Shown piece by piece: positions 24,994 to 32,585 of a stretch of 46,590 bases of DNA (its first letter is position 1; each line of letters opens with the position of its first letter). The notes under the pieces were generated by a model. It did no database searches. It saw nothing but the letters and a program-made list of their open reading frames with translations, and was not told where the DNA came from. A program made the translations under genes and the position numbers. Source of the stretch: an uncultured Candidatus Peribacteria bacterium. GTDB taxonomy: Bacteria; Patescibacteriota; Gracilibacteria; UBA4473. The DNA lies in NCBI GenBank assembly GCA_964344165.1, contig CAYFMH010000002.1, positions 1 through 46,590 on the forward strand, given 5' to 3'.

Positions 24994-26991
24994 ATGGCAA
25001 AAGTTGCACTTCAAAAAATCAGAATCACGGGATACAAAAAACACTACAAGATCCTCATGCAGGAACTACATCGATCTGGGGTCGTAGAGATTATAGAAAA
25101 TTCAGAACTGGTTCAGCAGTCAGAAACCGAAGTAGATCAGCACTTTGGAGTTTTTGACCTGGCGAGAGTTGATTTTGCGATTCATTTTCTCTCAGAATAC
25201 GCTCCCAAGGGATCAAAAATTGATAATATTTTGTCTGGGGGTAAGCTCGTGCTCTCGGAAGAAGAGGCCAAAAATCGGCTCCAGGAATTTGCTCCAAAAT
25301 CAGAAAAGCTCATCACTGAATGTGAGCGATGCGAAGAAGAGCTTGTCAAATCAAAGAATGAATTGGCCAAAATCCCAGAAAAACGAGAATTACTGGGCAA
25401 GCTTGGTAAATTTAATCTTCCGGTGCAGGCTGATTATTCGACTCAGTTTACCAAAACCTGGGTGGGAGCGATCAAATTGGTCGATGAGCCCGCGTTTTTG
25501 TCGGAGGTTTCTCGAGAATCCAACTTGTTGGACCTGCAGATCCTCTCCCGGGGCAAAAAACAAACCTACATTCGGTTGACCGTGCTCAAAGAACTCGAAT
25601 CCCCAACGGCCAAATTACTCGAAAAATTTCAGTTTGAATCGCTTGATCTCTTGTCTCAGTTGGCTGATTTTATCGAAAAAACTCCGATGGAGATCGAGGC
25701 AGAACTAGAAAAAATAGAAGCTCGACTTCGGGCTCGGATCGTAACCCTTGAAAAAAAGGCTCGAGAACTCGCAGAGAACCTTGATGAATTCCGAATTCTT
25801 TATGACTATAACCATTGGCGAAAAGTAAAAAATGACCTGCAGTATCAAGTTTTCCGATCACCACATCTTTTTGCTTTTGAGGGATGGATTCCGGAGGCGG
25901 AGTATGCCAAGCTCGAAAAATGGCTGCAGAATGCTTTTGTCGGAGAAGCGATTATCGAAAAAATAGCCCTCAAAAAAGGGGAAGAGGCCCCGGTTTTACT
26001 CAAAAATATGAAAGGGGTTTCTTCTTTTGAACCAATCATTGGGATGTTTGGAGTGCCAAAGATCAAGGAGTTTGATCCGACGATTTTTATGGCGCCATTT
26101 TTTATGGTCTTTTTTGGACTTTGTCTGTCTGATGTGGGATACGGAGGAATTTTGACACTTTTTGCCGCGTGGTTACTTGTTTTTGGGAAATTTTCAAAAG
26201 CTGCGAAAAATGCTTTATTTTTACTTTTTATTTGTGGGATCGCAGCGATTTTGGGAGGCGTTGTTTTGGGTGGGTATTTTGGTCTTACGACTGAGCAAGC
26301 GCCTGTTTTTCTTCTCAACGAAGCCGGAGCCTTCCGCGGACAGTTACTTGATCCGATGGTGGGGACGGGGCCCGTTCTCTTCCTAGGAATCGCTCTGGGA
26401 CTCGGGTTGATCCAGCTTTTTTTGGGGCTTATTTTGGACTTCGTCAAAAGAGTGATGAATCGAGAATACATCGATGCGGTATGTGATCCAGGAGCGTGGT
26501 TTTTCTTTCTGGCTACGTTGGTGCTTTATGGAGGGGCTGATTACATCGGGATTTCTAAGGATTTGGCTGGGAAATTAGCGCTTGCTGGGGCTGGAATTTT
26601 AGTTCTCACCCAGGGACGAGATCAAAAAAACTGGCTACTCAAACCGGTCTTTGGAATTCTTGGGCTCTACAACATCACGTCATATCTCTCTGATCTGCTC
26701 AGTTATTCACGTATCATGGCGCTGGGGCTGGCCACGGGAGTGGTTGGATTTGCAATGAATATTACCGCAGGGATTTTGGCAGACATGATCACGATTCCAG
26801 TAGTGGGGACGTTGGTCGCTATTTTTGTGATCCTCTTTGGACACACGCTCAATTTTTGCCTCTCGATATTGGGGGCCTTCATCCACTCTGGTCGTCTACA
26901 ATTTATTGAGTTTTTTGGAAAGTTTTATGAAGGAGGAGGACGAGAATTTCGTCCATTTAAGCGGGCGATGAAGTATTTGCATTTTGAATAA
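24994..26991 (+). CDS. ntpI: V/A-type ATPase subunit I (a-subunit, membrane stator)
   Basis: 665 aa. N-terminal cytoplasmic coiled-coil domain. C-terminal polytopic domain with YSRIMALGLATGVV and RLQFIEFFGKFYEGGGREFRPF. Confidence 0.88.
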   Translation: MAKVALQKIRITGYKKHYKILMQELHRSGVVEIIENSELVQQSETEVDQHFGVFDLARVDFAIHFLSEYAPKGSKIDNILSGGKLVLSEEEAKNRLQEFAPKSEKLITECERCEEELVKSKNELAKIPEKRELLGKLGKFNLPVQADYSTQFTKTWVGAIKLVDEPAFLSEVSRESNLLDLQILSRGKKQTYIRLTVLKELESPTAKLLEKFQFESLDLLSQLADFIEKTPMEIEAELEKIEARLRARIVTLEKKARELAENLDEFRILYDYNHWRKVKNDLQYQVFRSPHLFAFEGWIPEAEYAKLEKWLQNAFVGEAIIEKIALKKGEEAPVLLKNMKGVSSFEPIIGMFGVPKIKEFDPTIFMAPFFMVFFGLCLSDVGYGGILTLFAAWLLVFGKFSKAAKNALFLLFICGIAAILGGVVLGGYFGLTTEQAPVFLLNEAGAFRGQLLDPMVGTGPVLFLGIALGLGLIQLFLGLILDFVKRVMNREYIDAVCDPGAWFFFLATLVLYGGADYIGISKDLAGKLALAGAGILVLTQGRDQKNWLLKPVFGILGLYNITSYLSDLLSYSRIMALGLATGVVGFAMNITAGILADMITIPVVGTLVAIFVILFGHTLNFCLSILGAFIHSGRLQFIEFFGKFYEGGGREFRPFKRAMKYLHFE

Positions 26992-27024
26992 GGGATTGGA
27001 AAAAACTTAAAAAAACAGAATTTT

Positions 27025-27066
27025 ATCCCGAGTCCTCGGGATGAAATTCTGGAAGGATCCGCCTTC
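27025..27066. repeat. Copy B of the intergenic palindromic repeat family
   Basis: atcccgagtcctcgggatgaaattctgg-aaggatccgccttc. The core atcccgag/ctcgggat is a perfect inverted repeat. Confidence 0.6.
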
Positions 27067-27119
27067 GTTAGTTTCTAAAACTAATTCCAAACTTCAGTCT
27101 ACGTTAGTTTCACAAACTA
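27066..27119. repeat. Pair of 18-nt direct repeats
   Basis: cgttagtttctaaaacta (27066-27083) and cgttagtttcacaaacta (27102-27119), 16/18 identical, starts 36 nt apart. Confidence 0.7.
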
Positions 27120-27164
27120 CGACAGACAGGATGGCGGACAAGGGAGCAGACAAAGCTTAGTGAA

Positions 27165-27186
27165 ATCCCGAAATCTCGGGATGAAA
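27165..27186. repeat. Copy C of the palindromic repeat core
   Basis: atcccgaaatctcgggatgaaa is 19/22 identical to copy B. It is followed by a perfect hairpin, cgtcgtc-tgc-gacgacg, abutting the tRNA 5' end. Confidence 0.6.
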
Positions 27187-27209
27187 CGTGCGTCGTCTGC
27201 GACGACGTC

Positions 27210-27299
27210 GGAGAGATGGCGGAGTGGTCGAACGCGCACGCTTGGAAAGCGTGTGTACGGGCAACCGTACCGAGGGTTCAAATCCCTCTCTCTCCGCCA
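27210..27299 (+). tRNA. tRNA-Ser (anticodon GGA), CCA encoded
   Basis: Acceptor stem GGAGAGA/TCTCTCC. Anticodon stem cacgc/gcgtg with loop TTGGAAA. Long variable arm gtacgg-gcaa-ccgtac. T arm gaggg-ttcaaat-ccctc. Discriminator G plus CCA. Confidence 0.95.
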
Positions 27300-27344
27300 A
27301 GTGGTGCACGAATGGCACCTGATTCTCACTCACTTAGGGGAGTT

Positions 27345-27380
27345 GAACAGGTGGATTTTTGGCCTGTTCGAATTTGTTTG
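27345..27380 (+). terminator. Hairpin plus T-rich tail downstream of tRNA-Ser
   Basis: gaacagg-tggatttttgg-cctgttc (perfect 7-bp stem) followed by gaatttgtttg. Confidence 0.45.
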
Positions 27381-27462
27381 AGGCTTTTGTTGATTGATAT
27401 TGGATTCTGAAGGGTTCGAATCCTACACACTTATGACAGTTGTGCACTAAGAGCAATCTTTG

Positions 27463-29817
27463 CTATTGGTATTTTCTCCTCAATTTTTCCATATCTTCTT
27501 CGTGTCTTTTCTCTTCTATTTCAACGTTTTGCTCTAAATATTTTCGATACTCGCTTACAAATTCTTTCTCTTTTTTATCTTTCAAGTTCCAACTATCTAC
27601 GTCTTCATCCAAGGTTTTTATCTTGGCTCGATATGCATTTGCCGTAATAGCTTCGCCAACACTTCCTGAAACCATTCCAGTATTCCCAAGGAAACACTTA
27701 CAATGCGTCCATATTTTTTTGTTTTTTGGGAGTTTTTTTACAGTTCGAATTACAAGTTTTTTTAGCATACCTCCCTGATACCATTGAAATATTGGAGCTA
27801 TATACTTATTCCATTTAGCTATACTTCCTTCGTCAATCACCTCATTCATTTTCTCTTCTAAATATCCTTCGGTGAGTCCAGGGTAAAGTGCATGAAGGAG
27901 TATGGCGGCTTTCCAGTTGCTTTTCTTGTTAAACCACAGCCAAATAGCATCAACTATTTCTTTTTCTTTTTCCTTTGCTATATCAAATAAATGTGATGGG
28001 CGGGTTGGAATTGCAGAGTACTTCCAGTTTTCTTTTCTTTTTCTCTCTTCTCTCTGGATTCTTTTACCAAAAAATTCAACTAACTTTTGTGGATAGTTAG
28101 AGGTTAAGATTTTTAGCACATATTCTTCGTGGTAATTAATGTCATCTATTTCGAGGAATCCCTTTAAAATAATATCCCATTCTTTTTCGTTCAGTGTATT
28201 AAAGATAGTCTTTGTATCTTTTTCTCCATAAAACCAGTTAGCCCACCCATAAAAATTTATCTTTGTTAGTTCTTTGATGAGCTCCAGAAAGAATTCTTTT
28301 TCTTCTAAGTTCTCAAATCCAATGGTTAGCAATAAATTGTATAGTACATCTTTTTTTTCTTTAGGATCTCTTCTTGTTTTTATCTTAGAAAACAGGGATT
28401 TGGCTGTTGATATTTCAATTAATGGGTTTCTTCGTAAGGCATAAGCGATTGATAACAAGTTTTTACCTTTTGAAATCCATTGGTTGATGATCTTTTCTGC
28501 CTCCTTTCTTTTGTTTGATTCGAATAATCCGGCAATTAAGACACCAATAAATTCCTTTAGCCTGTTTACTTCTAGAAGCTTTAGAGCAAGATCAGGTTTT
28601 TTCTTTCCAATTAGTTTCAATAGTTCATTAAAATAATAGAACTTTCCAATATCACTCAGCGTCTTCTGGGTTTCAGCAAATGCAATAATTCTATTTTTCC
28701 ACTTTGATTCAGTAGCTTCCTTTATGGATTTTAAATATTCATACACCTTTTCTTTTCTAAACTCTTCTGTTTCTCCAAATTCTAAATCTTTTCTAAATTT
28801 TCGATCATATCCTACTAGGACTCTATATATTTGATATTCCTTATTAGCTTTTAAAAGCTTCCAAAAAACCTTAAATTCTTCTATATTGTCCTCCTGAAAC
28901 TGGTTTTCTCCCCATGTGACTTTATCTTCTAACTCAGAAAGAATTTCGAACTGAGCATTTGGGATAACTTTTTCATTATAGAACTTTAAGATTGATTTAG
29001 TGTTTTCTTTTACTAGATCCCTCATATCACCTCCATGCTGAGAATCATAGGTTGCGGCATTTAGTGTTTGGATAACAACTATTTGGTCAGCTGGATTTGT
29101 TAACTGTAAGTAAAGTTTTTTGAGAAAGTTAATAGCTTCTTCTCGAATATTCTTTATTTCGTCATCAGCTTTTAAACCACCACTATGAAAAGTAACGGTT
29201 TGGAAGTCCCTCCATGTAGCTCCTTCAAAATCGGGACTTAAAATACTTTTCAATCCTGTACTTAGAAAAATAAGATATTTTTCATTTTTACTTTTTGACC
29301 AGGCTTTTATAGAGTTTAAAAATTTATTTTGAGGTAAAAATCTAATTTTATTTAGTGCCTGAAAGTCATATTTACAAAATTGCCCCACTATTTCTAGTGA
29401 CTTTTCTCTTACAACAGAGCTTTCATGATTTGAGTATCGAGCTAATAACTCGATAACTTCTTCTGATTCTAGATATTTAATTTGTCCTAATAATTCTACA
29501 CATTTAACAAGTACTTCTTCATGAGTTTTGCCGGGGATAGGGCCAAATTGAGTAATCTGGTCTTTAGTAGGGATAGAATCGCTTAAGTAAATTTTCTCAA
29601 TCATAACTAGAGCCTCTTTTGAAATGGGATAGATAAATAAGCTTAATTCCTCCAGTTTTTCTAATAATTCATCATTATCTTTGAACTTTTCATTTTTTAA
29701 TTTATCTAAATCCTCTTGTAACTCTTTTAGAAAAAATTTACGGATTTCTTCGTTACCTTCTATGTAGTAACTGTCTGAAAGTCTTTGTAAAAATATCTTT
29801 TTTTGTTCAGTTCCCAT
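27463..29817 (-). CDS. Hypothetical 784-aa all-alpha (HEAT/ARM-like repeat) protein
   Basis: The ATG overlaps the stop of the upstream gene by 11 nt. K/E/L-rich helical repeats, with one HEAT-like unit (ELLARYSNHESSVVREKSLEIVGQF). A weak HKD-like string, HCKCFLGNTGMVSGS, lies at nt 27661-27705. A 60-nt sample at 28501-28560 has 20/60 G+C. Confidence 0.75.
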   Translation of the reverse strand: MGTEQKKIFLQRLSDSYYIEGNEEIRKFFLKELQEDLDKLKNEKFKDNDELLEKLEELSLFIYPISKEALVMIEKIYLSDSIPTKDQITQFGPIPGKTHEEVLVKCVELLGQIKYLESEEVIELLARYSNHESSVVREKSLEIVGQFCKYDFQALNKIRFLPQNKFLNSIKAWSKSKNEKYLIFLSTGLKSILSPDFEGATWRDFQTVTFHSGGLKADDEIKNIREEAINFLKKLYLQLTNPADQIVVIQTLNAATYDSQHGGDMRDLVKENTKSILKFYNEKVIPNAQFEILSELEDKVTWGENQFQEDNIEEFKVFWKLLKANKEYQIYRVLVGYDRKFRKDLEFGETEEFRKEKVYEYLKSIKEATESKWKNRIIAFAETQKTLSDIGKFYYFNELLKLIGKKKPDLALKLLEVNRLKEFIGVLIAGLFESNKRKEAEKIINQWISKGKNLLSIAYALRRNPLIEISTAKSLFSKIKTRRDPKEKKDVLYNLLLTIGFENLEEKEFFLELIKELTKINFYGWANWFYGEKDTKTIFNTLNEKEWDIILKGFLEIDDINYHEEYVLKILTSNYPQKLVEFFGKRIQREERKRKENWKYSAIPTRPSHLFDIAKEKEKEIVDAIWLWFNKKSNWKAAILLHALYPGLTEGYLEEKMNEVIDEGSIAKWNKYIAPIFQWYQGGMLKKLVIRTVKKLPKNKKIWTHCKCFLGNTGMVSGSVGEAITANAYRAKIKTLDEDVDSWNLKDKKEKEFVSEYRKYLEQNVEIEEKRHEEDMEKLRRKYQ

Positions 29818-30679
29818 TTAAAATTTGGTTAGTAATTTCTTCAAGAGAAAGTTTTTTCTGTTTCACTAGGAAATTTATTTTCTCTCTTCCAAGCTTTTCA
29901 TCTTTGAAAAATATTAATTCTCCTTTCTGTATAAGTATTTTTTGTTTTATTAGTTCGTCTAATAATACTTTTTCTTTTTCTAGAGTGATGTTTAAAAAAT
30001 TCCTTATGCGACTTCTTAAAGATTCATTTTTTAAATCTAAAGGAGAAAGGAGAAATAGGATTACTTCAAACAACCATAAAGTTTCTTCTAAGTAAGAAGA
30101 AATTTTAGAAATAATTTTTTTATTTTGTTCCAATTTTTCTGAATTATTATTTTCTGAAGATTGGGGAAGTGATTCAATGCTTTCTCTAAATTTTTTTTCT
30201 TTGTCTAATCGAACTTTTCGAACAGCTCTAGGGATTTCCACTAAACACTTTGTAGTAAAGCTTTCGTTTTCATTTGATTCTTCATATTCAAAGAACTGTA
30301 GTACTTCTCCTAGCCTTTCTATCACCAAAGTTCTTCCTTCACAAGAACTATTTGGGACAAAGCCAATTACAGGTTTCCCTTGTGAAATTAATTCTTTTAT
30401 AAGGTCTAATTCGTGAGAAAACCCATTTCGTCCTCTCTCACTTTCAATAATTATTACAATTAATGAAGCCTCTCGAATTGCAGAGTCGAGAACTTCTTCT
30501 TGAAAGGCGAGATGAATACCATCAATTAAGGTGTCACAATCTCTCGGAAGCAAGTGGATCCCTAGATCAACAACAGACTTTTCTATCGACTCCCTTAATT
30601 CCTCCTTTATTTTTTTAGATTTCTTCCGTGCATCCTTTGGGCGTGCAATAAAGATTGAAAAAATATTATCTTCAGACAT
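29807..30679 (-). CDS. Hypothetical 290-aa protein with an N-terminal nucleoside 2-deoxyribosyltransferase/TIR-like Rossmannoid domain and a possible C-terminal wHTH
   Basis: IFSIFIARP...AIREASLIVIIIESERGRNGFSHELDLIKELISQGKPVIGFV matches the NDT-like pattern (YxAGP ... D.GTxxElGyA..xGKPVi). The C-terminal region LDELIKQKILIQKGELIFF resembles a winged helix. Confidence 0.6.
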   Translation of the reverse strand: MSEDNIFSIFIARPKDARKKSKKIKEELRESIEKSVVDLGIHLLPRDCDTLIDGIHLAFQEEVLDSAIREASLIVIIIESERGRNGFSHELDLIKELISQGKPVIGFVPNSSCEGRTLVIERLGEVLQFFEYEESNENESFTTKCLVEIPRAVRKVRLDKEKKFRESIESLPQSSENNNSEKLEQNKKIISKISSYLEETLWLFEVILFLLSPLDLKNESLRSRIRNFLNITLEKEKVLLDELIKQKILIQKGELIFFKDEKLGREKINFLVKQKKLSLEEITNQILNGN

Positions 30680-30786
30680 ATCTTAAAGTTGTTTGGCAGT
30701 TTAAACAATAGAGTGCTAATATCAATTGTCAAAAAAGATCATAAAATTAATAACAAACCAGTCTCTGTCACTTTAGAATTTTAGTC

Positions 30787-31050
30787 TCAAAGCATTCGGA
30801 TTATTTTCTTAATATGCTTCTTCCCAAAAAACTTCCTAAACTCTTCTGGATAAACTCGTTTAAATTCACACAACACCCCCTTCAAAAATACTTGTCTTCG
30901 TTTCAAATCCTCCCCAAACTCTTCTTCAAACTTCAGGAATTCCTCTCGTTCCTTCAGAAGCTCTCGAATCAACGCCTCTCTTGGAATCCGGTGGAGATTT
31001 ATCGGCCGATTCAAAATAGCCGACTGCCAATTCTCAACGTCTACATTCAT
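30787..31050 (-). CDS. Hypothetical 87-aa protein downstream of the recombinase
   Basis: The ATG at 31050 overlaps the recombinase 3' end by 17 nt. No motif recognised. Confidence 0.4.
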   Translation of the reverse strand: MNVDVENWQSAILNRPINLHRIPREALIRELLKEREEFLKFEEEFGEDLKRRQVFLKGVLCEFKRVYPEEFRKFFGKKHIKKIIRML

Positions 31051-32332
31051 TTGAAATAGGGTTATTATTACCAATATAAATTTCTCCCCCTTGTAAAAAA
31101 AGGGTTTCTTTGAGACAGGATAGAATTTCTCGTTTTTCTGGTTTCGATCCGTTTTTCAGAATATCTTCGATATATTCTTTTGAAGTGAACTCTCTAGCAT
31201 TTCCACCAGATAATTGTTTTTGGATTCGGTTCATTTTTTCTACTTCGTGCAGAATACTTTTTTGCAATCGAAAATGGTTATCCTTGAACTGATCTACGAT
31301 CTCAGAAATCGAAATAATCAACTTTTCTTCTCGGATATATTTCTCATTGCATCGTCTAGTCCCTCCGTACTTATTGCACTTGTAGTACACATACAATTTT
31401 CCATGTCGGTTGATATGTTCGGCTCCACTAACCCCTGATCCACAAGTTCCGCACTTGAATAATCGACTAAAATAAAACTCCTTCCTACCCCATTTTCCTT
31501 TCTCTGAAGTTTTGAGGTTTTCTTGAGCAAGATCAAAGATCTCTTTGCTAATAATTGGTTTGTGTGAACCTTGATAATATGCCCCTCCATAAAGAAACTC
31601 TCCATAATAGAAGGGCTCTTTGAGTAGCCGATAAACCATGCTGAGACTGAGTTGTTTTCCGCTTAGTGATCGGAAGCCTTCATCTGTGAGATACTCATGT
31701 ACTTGTCTGCCACTGAGATTTTCTTTAGCTACGTATTCAAACGCACGTTTAATAAACGGAGCTCGTTCTTCATCTATCTCAATTTGACTTGGCTCATTGA
31801 AGTTTTGGCTTCGGATAAGTTTATATCCTAAAGGAGTCCTTCCTGGACGAGCTCCTTTTTCGCATTTAGCTCTGAGTCCTCGTTTTACGTTCTTGGCTCG
31901 ATTATCATTCTCTAACTTTGCTTGAGAGCAGAGGATCATGAGGAGAAATTTCTCATCTGGTGTGTTCGTAAAAGTTTGTCCACTGGTTTGTATTTGCTGC
32001 AGAATTCCTTGATCCATGAGATCTACTAAACGTCCTAGATCTCCTGCATTTCTACTCAACCGATCTGGGGCCCAAGTAAGAATAGCATTGAATCGTCCTT
32101 CGTTTAGCCCTTGCAAGACCTGATTATAGCCAGTTCTCAAGCCTGATTCTTTAGCAGATTTACTTTCTTTGATTGTTTCAACAATCTTTATGCCTTCCTT
32201 TTCTGCTAACTTGGTCATCTCATTGAGCTGAGACTCAATGGACAATGCCTGCCGTTCATCCGCTTCGCTGGATTTACGAGCATATAAGCAGTAACGAAGA
32301 GGTTCTTCTGATGTTAGCAATGATTTTTCCAT
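31034..32332 (-). CDS. Large serine recombinase (resolvase domain + recombinase domain + zinc ribbon)
   Basis: Catalytic N-terminus YCLYARKSSEADERQALSIESQ, SRNAGDLGRL, a recombinase domain, and C-terminal CGTCGS...YYKC. An alternative GTG start lies at 32431. Confidence 0.9.
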   Translation of the reverse strand: MEKSLLTSEEPLRYCLYARKSSEADERQALSIESQLNEMTKLAEKEGIKIVETIKESKSAKESGLRTGYNQVLQGLNEGRFNAILTWAPDRLSRNAGDLGRLVDLMDQGILQQIQTSGQTFTNTPDEKFLLMILCSQAKLENDNRAKNVKRGLRAKCEKGARPGRTPLGYKLIRSQNFNEPSQIEIDEERAPFIKRAFEYVAKENLSGRQVHEYLTDEGFRSLSGKQLSLSMVYRLLKEPFYYGEFLYGGAYYQGSHKPIISKEIFDLAQENLKTSEKGKWGRKEFYFSRLFKCGTCGSGVSGAEHINRHGKLYVYYKCNKYGGTRRCNEKYIREEKLIISISEIVDQFKDNHFRLQKSILHEVEKMNRIQKQLSGGNAREFTSKEYIEDILKNGSKPEKREILSCLKETLFLQGGEIYIGNNNPISNECRR

Positions 32333-32585
32333 TACCCTAATAGATGCCGAAGAAAGTGGCTTAGTCCAGGCTTTTTTCACCAAAAAACTCTCAAAAAAGC
32401 TTTTCTTTTTAGGGAAGTTAGTTACATTCACCTTGCGACCTTTTTCCGGTATCGAAATATTATCCTCTGGGAAACTTTTTTGTTTTCAGAGATAGCCAAA
32501 AAAGACGGGGCAATTAACCGTCCTTTACGGCTATCCGAGAGGAAAACTGGAAAAGGGTCGCAACGGATTAGTTGCCCCATTTTTT

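Noticed and set aside
25845-26471. 208-aa minus-strand ORF inside ntpI.
   Set aside because: It is antisense to the conserved membrane domain of subunit I. Its P/K/S-rich product has no motif.
27398-27412. Possible att core: atattggattctgaa (27398-27412) versus atattgattctaaaa (about 38558-38572), flanking part of the island.
   Set aside because: The match is only about 13-14 nt with an indel in very AT-rich DNA, which is easily explained by chance. Serine recombinases do not require long direct repeats. This is not strong enough to define boundaries.
27404-27435. Possible second tRNA gene after tRNA-Ser.
   Set aside because: Only the T-loop core is present. The T-stem pairs at 3 of 5 positions and there is no D arm, anticodon arm or acceptor pairing. 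It is treated as a fragment, not a gene.
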